Of a stretch of DNA of 32,510 nt, positions 8,381 through 17,244 are shown piece by piece. The DNA lies in NCBI GenBank assembly GCA_043822065.1, contig JBDRCC010000003.1, forward strand, positions 1 to 32,510, given 5' to 3'. The DNA is from an archaeon (GTDB taxonomy: Archaea > Undinarchaeota > CAZHTU01 > JBDRCC01). Under the pieces are notes generated by a model that searched no databases, was not told where the DNA came from, and saw only the letters and a list, made by a program, of their open reading frames with translations. Each line of letters starts with the position of its first letter. The stretch's first letter is position 1. A program made the position numbers and the translations under genes.

Positions 8381-11340
8381 TGGCAGCCGCTACTGTACTT
8401 GACAAGATAATCGCAGCCGAGGACGACACTCTGAACGTCATAGACCACAACATAAAAATCCTCCAGGAGCAGATACCCAAGGACATAGAAAAAATACAGA
8501 CTGCCGGAGACCAGGACGCGGTTTCGCGGAGAGTATCCCTTGTTGTCGCGACCTGCGAGAAGAAAATCATCCAGACAATTGAACTCGTCCACAGCTTCAG
8601 CAGGACAGAGCTGGCTGAAACCATCCGCCAGGTGAGGGAGGCGGCAGAGCAGATAACTCTACTTGAGGCGACGCTTGAGGAAAAAGAGGAGGCGTACGCC
8701 GCCCTCAAGACAGCCAAGGAAGAGATTGAGGCGAAGTTCAACCAGATTGATGAAAAATACCAGAAAATAATCGAGGCATACGGCAACTTTGACAATATCG
8801 CTTCTGGAATCAAGCAGCTAACTGATGACGCGGAAGATGCGAAGCGGGATGCGGCGAGGAAAAAGCAGGAGCTTGAAGCCGCACAGCAGGAGATACTCAC
8901 CCACAAGCGGGACCTGGAAACCCTCCGCAAGGACCTTGATAAAGCGCAAAAGGCAGCAGACGCCCTCAAGACGAATTACGACGAGCAGATTAAAGAGAAG
9001 GAAGCTAGCATAGGAACGCTGAAGGAGTCCTACAAGAAACTATCCGCTGCCTTTAAAGCGAAGGGCGCCCAGGCAGACTCCAAAATTAGGGAGCGAATCG
9101 CCGGGCTGATGGAAGAGCTGCAAGCGGCACGCAAGGACATTGAGGACTTGAAACTGAGGAAAACGATGGTCGATACTGTCGTTCAAGGCCAGACAAAGAA
9201 AATAGGCGAGTTGACCGCCACAATATCTGCCAGAGAGGCAGAAATCTCGACACTCCAAATGTCAAAGGCGAGCCTGGAAAGCCAGGCTACTGCCTGGGAA
9301 AATAAACACAAAGAGCTGCTGGATAAATGGACTGCCCTTAATGCGGGTCTCAGAAGCCAGGACAGCGCAACAAGAAAGCTCCTTAACAGCTCAAAGAAAG
9401 AACTAGAGCTCTATGAAGAGCAGGTAAAGGGCGCAAGAAAAACCCTCCAAGAGGTCGAGGAGCGTGTAGTCACTATCGAAGAGGAGCACAGGAAAGCAAT
9501 AGGGGAGCTGCTAAAGCAGAAAACCACTCTTAACACCGAGACAGCCGAACTTGAGGCAGAAATTGGCAAAAAGAGGATCAAGCTCTCTGAGACCGAGGAC
9601 AAGGCAGCCCAGCTGGAGGCGGAAATAGCCCAGAAGAAGCAAGAATATGCTGCCGAGCGGAGCGCCCTGGACGCCCTCAAGGCAGAGATAGACGAACGGG
9701 CAGCCGGGATTAGCGCCACTGAGCAGAAGCTCCTGGCTACCATGAAGGAGCTTTTCAGGAAAGCCGGAAAGGGCGACAAAAATACCGTAGCCGAATTTAT
9801 GGACGTGCTTAAAGATGAAAAATTCGCGATTGTCCCAGAGAACCTGACACGAGAGCTTGAAGCGAAAATTCAAGTCATTGAACAGAAAGATGCCGCGCTG
9901 CTGAGGGCCAGCGGCGAGCTGGACCGGCTAAAATCCAAAGTCGACGAGCTTGAAAGCCGCGGCGTCAGGGTGTCCCAGGAGGAGCTCGACCTGAAGGACG
10001 GGGAAATAAAAACCCTAAAAGCTAGTATAGACAAACTTAACCTGGAGCTCACTTCGCTAAGGATAACCGGCGAAAAGAATGCCTTGCTTGGCGAGCTTAT
10101 CTTTTGGAAGATACTGCTCCGTTGGCTGTCGCGCGTTTCAAGTATGCTCGAACGGTTTAGCACAGTCCTTGGGCATGCACCAGCTGGCATAAGGACTCAT
10201 TTAGATAAGACTGTCGCGAGCTTAGAGACATTCGAAGACCAGCTAAGGGTAGAGTCAGTTGAAGAGGCGACAGTTGACAGCGTGCGCAGATACGTGCGTG
10301 GCGCGAGGGGCAGAAAGTCAATTGGGGATGAATACTGCGAGCAGGCTAACTTACTCCGGCAGCTTATTCCAAAGGTATGCGCGGGCCTCAGCAAGGAGCT
10401 TAACAACATGAAAGCAGATGTTGCAGGAGCGCCCTACGAGCGCTTCCGCGATGCAATAGCGGGCTTGTCGCGCTCACTCTCCACATTATCTACGGAGGTT
10501 TCGGCGAGCCTTGCCGCAGCGACCGGCGATATCAAGGAAGACGGCGGAGTCTTCGTCTACAACGACAGGCCAACCAATAAGGCAACTGCAGTAGAGTGGC
10601 TTGCCGAGAAGGTATTCAAGCTGAGGGATTATGGCCATGAGGTTGCAGAGCTCGGCCATGCCATAGACGCTGCACTTGAAATTGGCGGCGACATTGATTC
10701 TTCCACAGAAGACCTCGACGCTGAGCTAAGCATCTTAGCGCAGGAAGACCCGCAGAAGACGGCACTCCAGGCAGACATAAAGAAACTGCGCGACAACCTG
10801 CCAAACCTTGCGATATTTATCGATGAGACGCACATCAAGGGCTTCACAGCCAACATAGATAATCTTGAGCGGGGCCTGGCCGCAGACACATACTCTGTTG
10901 CAGAGCTGCGCGACAGCTTTGACACAATGCTCCCTGTGGTTGTCCGGGAGCTGAAAAATGACGCAATTATAAAATGGAATGCGCTTACCGGCTCCTACCA
11001 AAAACTTGTCGAACCCGTGAAGGAGGCACTAACAAAAGCCCAATTGAAACTCCACAAAAGCTTTATAGAGAAATACAAGGGAACAAAAAACCTCCTCAAC
11101 ACAAAACCAGCGACCCTTGACGACATCATAGAGTACTGCAACAGCCTAATCGCCCTATACCACGCGCAAAAACAGCTAACGGACCAGATGAAAGATTCGC
11201 TGAGTTCCGCCCCCGGCGGCGAAGAGACCCAGACTACCGAATCCCAGTATACCTGCCCAGAATGCGAAAAGCCAGTTAAAAAAGGCCAAACAAAATGTTC
11301 CCACTGCAAGACTGAACTATCCTGGGATGGGGTAGCGTAG
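8380..11340 (+). CDS. 986-aa long coiled-coil protein with C-terminal zinc ribbon; no ATPase motifs
   Basis: E/K/A/L-rich heptads over roughly aa 80-570; C-terminal CPEC...CSHC; no Walker A/B, so not SMC/Rad50. TAATG overlap with the upstream gene. Confidence 0.85.
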   Translation: MAAATVLDKIIAAEDDTLNVIDHNIKILQEQIPKDIEKIQTAGDQDAVSRRVSLVVATCEKKIIQTIELVHSFSRTELAETIRQVREAAEQITLLEATLEEKEEAYAALKTAKEEIEAKFNQIDEKYQKIIEAYGNFDNIASGIKQLTDDAEDAKRDAARKKQELEAAQQEILTHKRDLETLRKDLDKAQKAADALKTNYDEQIKEKEASIGTLKESYKKLSAAFKAKGAQADSKIRERIAGLMEELQAARKDIEDLKLRKTMVDTVVQGQTKKIGELTATISAREAEISTLQMSKASLESQATAWENKHKELLDKWTALNAGLRSQDSATRKLLNSSKKELELYEEQVKGARKTLQEVEERVVTIEEEHRKAIGELLKQKTTLNTETAELEAEIGKKRIKLSETEDKAAQLEAEIAQKKQEYAAERSALDALKAEIDERAAGISATEQKLLATMKELFRKAGKGDKNTVAEFMDVLKDEKFAIVPENLTRELEAKIQVIEQKDAALLRASGELDRLKSKVDELESRGVRVSQEELDLKDGEIKTLKASIDKLNLELTSLRITGEKNALLGELIFWKILLRWLSRVSSMLERFSTVLGHAPAGIRTHLDKTVASLETFEDQLRVESVEEATVDSVRRYVRGARGRKSIGDEYCEQANLLRQLIPKVCAGLSKELNNMKADVAGAPYERFRDAIAGLSRSLSTLSTEVSASLAAATGDIKEDGGVFVYNDRPTNKATAVEWLAEKVFKLRDYGHEVAELGHAIDAALEIGGDIDSSTEDLDAELSILAQEDPQKTALQADIKKLRDNLPNLAIFIDETHIKGFTANIDNLERGLAADTYSVAELRDSFDTMLPVVVRELKNDAIIKWNALTGSYQKLVEPVKEALTKAQLKLHKSFIEKYKGTKNLLNTKPATLDDIIEYCNSLIALYHAQKQLTDQMKDSLSSAPGGEETQTTESQYTCPECEKPVKKGQTKCSHCKTELSWDGVA

Positions 11341-11406
11341 CATTACCGGCAGCGCACTCTCTCTTTTTCTTTATAAATCAATTTCGCCTCCTGAGTCTTG
11401 AGGCAA

Positions 11407-12462
11407 ATGCGAACCCTGGAGATAGCAATCGGCAATGCCGTGGAGCGAATCCGCGAGCTAGAATGCCGGCGGTCTATGTTCGGTGGCGTTGTCTCAAAAA
11501 ACCAATCCAACATCCTCCTTGATGGAAAGCCAATAGTTTTGCCCATATCTCCAAAGACCATCGACGGCATGGTTGCGGCCGTCGATGGCGGCTTGCTCCA
11601 CAGAAACTTCCACGGGTTCGATCTGATAGTAGGAAAGGCGGTTGGAGCCGTTTTCGAGTACAAGCGCTCGAGACTGGTTTCTGTGGAATATCATCCTTCC
11701 GCCTTTCCTGCCCCCACCCCCATCCCAGTCTACAAGCCCCTCAGCCAGAGGGACTCAGAGACAATGGCGCAGATAAAGCGCCAGGAGCTAGAAATCCAGG
11801 CGGCAATCGAAATTGCCGAAGGCTTCGATCTTGAGATGCTTCTCCTCGACGGCTCAGTCATCCCTCACTCTTCGACGCGCCCGCACGACGACTCAGAGAT
11901 AAACGAGGACTTCCACGCGCTTCTCGGGCAATTCAAGGAGCTGTACTCAGCCTGCTCAAAACGGAAGCTCCCTCTTGTCGGGATAGTCGAGGACTCCCGC
12001 GGCAAGAGGTTCGGCGACATACTCTCAAAAATACTCCCTTTCGAAATGAGGGACGAGGGCGTGCTCGGCAACACATTCGACACAAACCTCCTGTACTACA
12101 TACTCCAGCCAGGCCTGCGCACCTGCGACTTTTCATTTTCAGATCAGCCAAAAAAGCACCCAATCCTGCGTGAGCTTGGCGAGTGGAGCTCCAAGGCAAG
12201 AACTTTCTATATGAAATCAGCCAAATACGACCGCCCGCTGAGGATTGACTACATCAACGGGGATGCCGAGGATATAGTGTCCAAGCTCTACCCCCTCTGT
12301 GAGATAAACGAGCTCTATGGCATACCCTCCCCGATAATCGAGGCGGACGCACGGGCGCGCCTCAGCTCAAGCGAAATCGAAGTCATCTACAACCAGCTCG
12401 TTGACAAGGCTGGCGAGCTCCCGGCACTCATGAGGCTGAGGCGGGACATGAGGCCATTCTGA
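11407..12462 (+). CDS. nurA: NurA 5'-3' nuclease
   Basis: AAVDGG, LLLDGS, GIVEDS, YGIPSPIIEADARAR motifs; directly upstream of herA; TTTATAAA at ~11370. ATG 11407 chosen over TTG 11398. Confidence 0.9.
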   Translation: MRTLEIAIGNAVERIRELECRRSMFGGVVSKNQSNILLDGKPIVLPISPKTIDGMVAAVDGGLLHRNFHGFDLIVGKAVGAVFEYKRSRLVSVEYHPSAFPAPTPIPVYKPLSQRDSETMAQIKRQELEIQAAIEIAEGFDLEMLLLDGSVIPHSSTRPHDDSEINEDFHALLGQFKELYSACSKRKLPLVGIVEDSRGKRFGDILSKILPFEMRDEGVLGNTFDTNLLYYILQPGLRTCDFSFSDQPKKHPILRELGEWSSKARTFYMKSAKYDRPLRIDYINGDAEDIVSKLYPLCEINELYGIPSPIIEADARARLSSSEIEVIYNQLVDKAGELPALMRLRRDMRPF

Positions 12463-12531
12463 TGGAAACGGTCAAAATAATACACTGGAACGTGGAAGAC
12501 GGGGATTTGGTCAGATGCAGGAGGTCGAACC

Positions 12532-14055
12532 ATGGAAGTTGGCACAGTAATATCTACCTTTGAGGGGCCCAGCCCCACAAACTTCTCTTTCGTCGTGAAC
12601 GAGAAGGCTGGCGAAATCCCAATCAAGAAGAACCAGTTCGTCGAGCTGAAGTCCCCCCAGGGGAAAATCGTCGCTGTAATCGAGAACATAAAAAAGACAA
12701 ACCGCTACTTTGAGCGAGCCGAGTCCGTCCGCGAATACGAGCGCTCCGGCATCCCCATGAACTCAATATTCCCGGTAGACCGCTGGGAGTACCTCCTTGC
12801 GGAGGCGAAGTGCCTCGGCGTCTACACCGACACGTCAGTCGAGCGTGCGAGCTTCCCGCCTTCCCCAGGCACCAAGGTCTACCCGATAGAAAACTCCACC
12901 CTCAAAAAGTTCCTTGGCTTGGTGGATGACGGCCTCGACCTGGGGCTTGTCGAGCACCACAACCTCCCTGTCAAGCTCAGCCTCACCCGCCTCGTCCAGA
13001 AGCACTGGGCAATGCTTGGGATTTCCGGTTCGGGAAAGAGCTACGCTGTTTCCGTCATGCTAGAGGAACTCCTGGACAGGACGCCCGAAAGCGGCAGAAT
13101 CGCGCTCTTCATAGTCGATGTCCACGGGGAGTACTCAGGCTTCGCCAAGACAGAAAAATACGCAGACCGCATCAAGATAATAAAAGGCAGCGACATCCGC
13201 ATCGGCACCTCCAACCTCAACGGCCCGGGCTTTGCAAGCATGCTCCCGCAAATGAGCGGAGCCCAGGTCAGGGACCTAAACGTCGTGGTTGACGGGCTGA
13301 GGAAAAACAAGAAGAAGGACAGCAAGCCCTACAATATAACTGACTTAGTCAACGCGGTCGAAAAGTCAGAGGAAATAAACGAGAACACGGCCAAGGCGCT
13401 GAACGGCTGGCTCAGGGAGCTTGAGAACCTGCGGCTCTTCAACTACTCAGATTTCCCGAGCTCGAAGGAGCTCAGGCCAGGGCACGCGCTCATCCTCGAC
13501 CTGAGCGACATAACCTCCCTGCGGAAGAAGCAGACCATAGTCGCCTACTTCTCAAGAAAGCTCTTCGACCTGAGGAAAAAGGGCCTTGTCCCGCCGTACG
13601 TCGAGATACTGGAGGAGGCGCACCAGTTCGCGCCGGAGTCTGCAAAATTCGAGAATGCAATCTCCATCCCAATCCTCAGCACCATAGCAAGGGAGGGAAG
13701 AAAGTTTTACGCCTCACTGTGCCTGATATCCCAGAGGCCAATCAAGCTGTCGACGACAATCCTCAGCCAGTGCAACACCCACTTCATCCTCAGGATAACA
13801 AACCCCTACGACCTGAAGCACCTCGGCGAGTCAAGCGAGGGCATAACGCAGGAGACGCTGAACACGATCTCCTCCCTCCGTGTCGGCGAAGGATTAATCG
13901 TCGGGGAAGCCGTCAACTTCCCGGTCTTCGTGAGGATACGGCAAAGGCGGTCAAAGAACCCAGACCACGCCCTGCCCCTGCAGAGCTACGCGATAAAATA
14001 CGAGGACGTCCTGGAGAAGAACTCCAAAGACTCAGAAACGTTCATGCCCGACTAA
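12532..14055 (+). CDS. herA: HerA DNA translocase/helicase ATPase
   Basis: N-terminal HAS barrel; Walker A GISGSGKS; DVHGEY; Walker B ILEEAHQFAP; AREGRKF; ISQRP; SQCNT. RBS AGGAGGT at 12519-12525. Confidence 0.93.
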   Translation: MEVGTVISTFEGPSPTNFSFVVNEKAGEIPIKKNQFVELKSPQGKIVAVIENIKKTNRYFERAESVREYERSGIPMNSIFPVDRWEYLLAEAKCLGVYTDTSVERASFPPSPGTKVYPIENSTLKKFLGLVDDGLDLGLVEHHNLPVKLSLTRLVQKHWAMLGISGSGKSYAVSVMLEELLDRTPESGRIALFIVDVHGEYSGFAKTEKYADRIKIIKGSDIRIGTSNLNGPGFASMLPQMSGAQVRDLNVVVDGLRKNKKKDSKPYNITDLVNAVEKSEEINENTAKALNGWLRELENLRLFNYSDFPSSKELRPGHALILDLSDITSLRKKQTIVAYFSRKLFDLRKKGLVPPYVEILEEAHQFAPESAKFENAISIPILSTIAREGRKFYASLCLISQRPIKLSTTILSQCNTHFILRITNPYDLKHLGESSEGITQETLNTISSLRVGEGLIVGEAVNFPVFVRIRQRRSKNPDHALPLQSYAIKYEDVLEKNSKDSETFMPD

Positions 14056-14237
14056 AGCGTCGAGTTTATCACTTCTAGGGTCTTGTTCACCTGGGCGCCA
14101 GCGGCGTTTGTCGTCTGCGTGGTCACTCCCTGGAAGAAGACCAGGACCATGGCGAATATCCCTAGCGCGAGCAGCAGCATCAATACCGCCACAAGCGGGC
14201 TCATACCTCTTTTGTTAAGCCAGTTCACATCCATCAC
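14052..14237 (-). CDS. Small archaeal type IV pilin-like protein (class III signal peptide)
   Basis: NKRG|MSPLVAVLMLLLALGIFAMVLVFF matches the prepilin peptidase (PibD/FlaK) cleavage pattern. TATA TTTATATATT at ~14259-14268 on the minus strand. True start may be 14234 or 14228. Confidence 0.8.
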   Translation of the reverse strand: MMDVNWLNKRGMSPLVAVLMLLLALGIFAMVLVFFQGVTTQTTNAAGAQVNKTLEVINSTL

Positions 14238-14269
14238 CAGCTCAGCGAAATAGCACTTAATATATAAAC

Positions 14270-16513
14270 CTACTCAAGCCCGCCCACGGATTTGACCACG
14301 GTCGGCTTGCTCCCCTCCTTGTCGCGCTCAAGCCGGTACAGGCTCCCGGACACAGCCTCCTCAAGCTTCTCCTCATGCGTTATCAGGAAGACCTGGTCTA
14401 TGTACTCCGCTACCCTTTCACGCAGGGTTTCCGCAAGCTCCTCTATCCCCCTCTTGTCAAGGTTGTGCGTCGGCTCGTCAAGTATGAGCGTTCTCAGGTG
14501 CGGCGCCAGCCCGAGCGCAAGAGCCATCCTCAGGACGAGCGCTGCCGAACTCCTCTCCCCCCCGGACACCCTGCCCTCGACGTCAACCCACCTGCCGCCC
14601 CTTTCCTCAAGCTGGAGGACATAATCTCCCTCCTCTATCCCAAGGCGGACTCCGACAAAGTCCTTGTACGGGTAAAGCCCCTCCCAGATGTTCTGCATCA
14701 TGGTGTTCAGCCCGTCCACGAACCTCCTCCTCAATTCGTCCTGGGTCCCCTTCAGCGCGTTTTGGAACCTGGAAAGGAATTCAATCCCTGAAGTGATGCC
14801 CTCTGCATCTTTCCTGTGCTTTTCAATCTCCTTCTCCGAGCCTTCCGTCCTCTTCAGCTCGGCCTGGACCTCCTCCGCCCGCGCCTTTGCAGATGTGTAT
14901 TCGGCGTTCGCCAAGCTTAGCTCATCCGACGCCGCATCGAATTTTTTGCGGAGCTTTTCATATTCCGTCTCATCAAAGCCAAGGTCGCCCTCCTCCCTCT
15001 TGATTCCCGCTATCTCGCGCTCCAGCCTCTCAAGCTCGCCCCTTTTCTGCGCAAGCTCGCGCTCCCTGAGCAGCGTTTCCTCATCCGCCTCAAGCACGCC
15101 TATGGCCTTTTCTTCACCCTTCCTTCTTGACCTAAGCCGTGCAAGCTCTTCCTCAAGCTTCCTCCTGGCAGGCGCAATCTTTGCAAGCCTCTCGGACGCC
15201 TTTTTGCCATCCTCAAATTTTTCCTGAAGCCCCTCAAGAAACGTAATCTCCCGTTCGAGCGACTCAAGCCGCCTCTTCGCGCCGGAAATCTCAGCAGACA
15301 GCATGGCTTTCTCCTCCTCAAGCCCTTTTCTCAGTGCAACTGCCCTTTGCCCGTCAAGCAGCGTCTCACACAGGGGGCAGGTGTTCGTCCCGAACTCTTC
15401 AAGGCTCTTCTCAATGAACTCAATTCTTCCTTCCGCTCTCGGGACCCTTTCGCGGGTTTTTTTCTTTTCAGCTTTTTTTGCATCAATTTCAGCATCAAGT
15501 CCAGGCCTCTCAAGCGAAATGCGCTTGAACTCTGCCGCGGCGTTCTCAGCCGCCTGCACCTCCTTAGCAATCCGCCCAACCTCTGACTCAAGCGCGGCAA
15601 TTGATGATATGGCGCCTTCCAGCCTCTTCCTGCAGGCTGCCCTTTCGCGCCCGGCTTCCTTCAGCCTTGCCTCAAGCTCAGCGGGGCTTAGCCTGCCCTT
15701 CGGCAATGCCCTCAGCCGCTCTGCCTCTTTATTCAGGACGGCAAGCTTTGCCCTCATGTCCCTGAACCTTATGAAATCCTTTTCCATCTGCCGGGCTGAT
15801 TTTTCCATAGCCGCCTTTACATCCTTCGCCTTACCAAGCGCGGCTTTTTTCCCAGCCTCAAGCTTCCATAGCTGGGCAAGCCTTGCCTCAAGCTCAGCCT
15901 TCTTGGACTTCCCTGCTGCCTCAAGCCCCTTTACAATCTCCTCTGCGGCCCGCCTTTTTTCCTCAAGCCCGTTTGCCAGCTTGACGGAATTCTTCCTGAC
16001 CTCCTCAAAATCGTCAAGCCCGAGCAGCTCGTCTAGCTTCGCCATCCTCTGCCCGCGTGCTATCTTCAGGAAATAATCCAGCTGGTTCTGCTCCGAGTAA
16101 ACCGCCCTGCTGAACAGCTCGTAGTCAACCTTCAGCAGCTCCCCAACCCGCTTTGTGACCGCGGCTGACGCGGGACCCTCTATGAGCTTTCCGCCAAGCC
16201 GCAGCTCGGAAGCCAAAGTCCCCCTTCCGCGCTTAAGCTCGCGCCTGACAATGTACTCCTTTCCGCCGGCATTGAATCCAACCTCAACGTATCCTGAATC
16301 CTGCTCTTCCGGCTTGTCCCGCAGTACCTCCTCAAGCCTGAGCTTCTTCGACTGGAGCGCAGGGAAGTTGCCGAAAAGCGCGAAGGAGATGCCGTCCATC
16401 ACCGAGCTCTTGCCGGAGCCGATAATCCCTATGAGGACATTTGTCCCCTTGGTGAACTCAAACCTGCTGTCTGAATGCGATCTCCAGTTCACGAGCCTGG
16501 CTGAGGAAATCAT
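14270..16513 (-). CDS. rad50: Rad50 DNA double-strand-break repair ATPase
   Basis: Walker A GIIGSGKSS, Q-loop YSEQ, coiled coil with central Zn hook CPLC, signature VSGGE, Walker B ILDEPT, H-loop LITH. Confidence 0.93.
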   Translation of the reverse strand: MISSARLVNWRSHSDSRFEFTKGTNVLIGIIGSGKSSVMDGISFALFGNFPALQSKKLRLEEVLRDKPEEQDSGYVEVGFNAGGKEYIVRRELKRGRGTLASELRLGGKLIEGPASAAVTKRVGELLKVDYELFSRAVYSEQNQLDYFLKIARGQRMAKLDELLGLDDFEEVRKNSVKLANGLEEKRRAAEEIVKGLEAAGKSKKAELEARLAQLWKLEAGKKAALGKAKDVKAAMEKSARQMEKDFIRFRDMRAKLAVLNKEAERLRALPKGRLSPAELEARLKEAGRERAACRKRLEGAISSIAALESEVGRIAKEVQAAENAAAEFKRISLERPGLDAEIDAKKAEKKKTRERVPRAEGRIEFIEKSLEEFGTNTCPLCETLLDGQRAVALRKGLEEEKAMLSAEISGAKRRLESLEREITFLEGLQEKFEDGKKASERLAKIAPARRKLEEELARLRSRRKGEEKAIGVLEADEETLLRERELAQKRGELERLEREIAGIKREEGDLGFDETEYEKLRKKFDAASDELSLANAEYTSAKARAEEVQAELKRTEGSEKEIEKHRKDAEGITSGIEFLSRFQNALKGTQDELRRRFVDGLNTMMQNIWEGLYPYKDFVGVRLGIEEGDYVLQLEERGGRWVDVEGRVSGGERSSAALVLRMALALGLAPHLRTLILDEPTHNLDKRGIEELAETLRERVAEYIDQVFLITHEEKLEEAVSGSLYRLERDKEGSKPTVVKSVGGLE

Positions 16514-16548
16514 AAAGTACTTATAATTCTGAAGTCGATTATATACGT

Positions 16549-16743
16549 ATGGAGATAAAGCAGGTTTCTGAAAAGCAGTACCTTGTCCGCGCGGAGCCCG
16601 GGTCGAGCTGGCGCACTGTTTTCCTCAACGGCTACAAGGCGAGCTGCACCTGCCCGGACTATGTCTTCCGCGGAATGAGGCGGAGCTGCAAGCACATAAA
16701 GGCAGTCTATATCGCCCTTGACACAACTAAAATAAAAAAATAA
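16549..16743 (+). CDS. 64-aa SWIM zinc-finger protein
   Basis: CTCPD...CKHI matches SWIM CxCx(n)CxH, preceded by the typical beta-hairpin YLVRAEPGSSWRTV. Confidence 0.8.
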   Translation: MEIKQVSEKQYLVRAEPGSSWRTVFLNGYKASCTCPDYVFRGMRRSCKHIKAVYIALDTTKIKK

Positions 16744-16831
16744 TGTTTCTTTTCGCTAACTGCCAGAAAGAAGGCAGCGCCGAAGCCGCGAGGAAGCACA
16801 AGGTTCTCGTTTACAGCAGGAAAAAGCCTTA

Positions 16832-16955
16832 GTGTAGGTAGTGCATGTTGGTGTATGTTGGTGTAGGTGAACCTACACTGGCTTTGAACCTACACTAACT
16901 CCATTTTCAGGATATGGCTGGTGTAGGTAGTGTAGGTAGTGCAGGTAGTGTATGT
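16832..16955. repeat. Iteron-like array of ten GTG(T/C)A(G/T)GT octamers
   Basis: Direct copies at 16832, 16841, 16851, 16861, 16921, 16930, 16939 and 16948; inverted copies (ACCTACAC) at 16871 and 16888. Confidence 0.9.
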
Positions 16956-17031
16956 TTGCGCCTTTAAGCCCCTATAGTGCTATAGTACAGTAGCGGTTTC
17001 TTGCCGTTGCACACCGACCGAACGCCGGGTC

Positions 17032-17215
17032 CGGGCGCCATTTGCTGGCTTGGCTGCGCAGGGCGGGAAACGCCTATCATGCGGGCGCAGCCCGCATGAA
17101 CGTCCCCCCGATTGTATGGGGAGCGGAGCTCCCCCTATATTTGATTGTTCGGCCCGCGGCGCGCGCGGCCAGGCGGGCGCCGGCGCTTATGGAAAAGCCG
17201 GGAATTTGGCGCCCG
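17032..17215. other. GC-rich non-coding multi-hairpin block (structured RNA or ssDNA element)
   Basis: Stems 17077-17099 (10 bp) and 17118-17134 (7 bp), GCCCGC...GCGGGC at 17152-17178, all enclosed by CGGGCGCCA (17032-17040) pairing with TGGCGCCCG (17207-17215). Confidence 0.5.
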
Positions 17216-17244
17216 AAGCGCGCTTTTGGAAGCCGGGCGAAAGG

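Noticed and set aside
8380-11340. SMC or second Rad50
   Set aside because: No Walker A/B, signature motif or hinge; only coiled-coil composition.
11407-14055. HerA-nuclease anti-phage defence system
   Set aside because: Canonical archaeal NurA-HerA with a HAS barrel next to rad50 is best explained as housekeeping end resection.
14270-16513. Frequent CCTCAAGC motif in rad50
   Set aside because: Explained by CTT-GAG (Leu-Glu) codon pairs in the coiled coil.
16743-16832. 29-aa ORF MFLFANCQKEGSAEAARKHKVLVYSRKKP overlapping the SWIM stop
   Set aside because: The TAATG overlap is suggestive, but it is too short and has no recognisable features.
16990-17042. tRNA or split-tRNA half ending in GGGCGCCA
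   Set aside because: No T-arm GTTCRA and no cloverleaf pairing.
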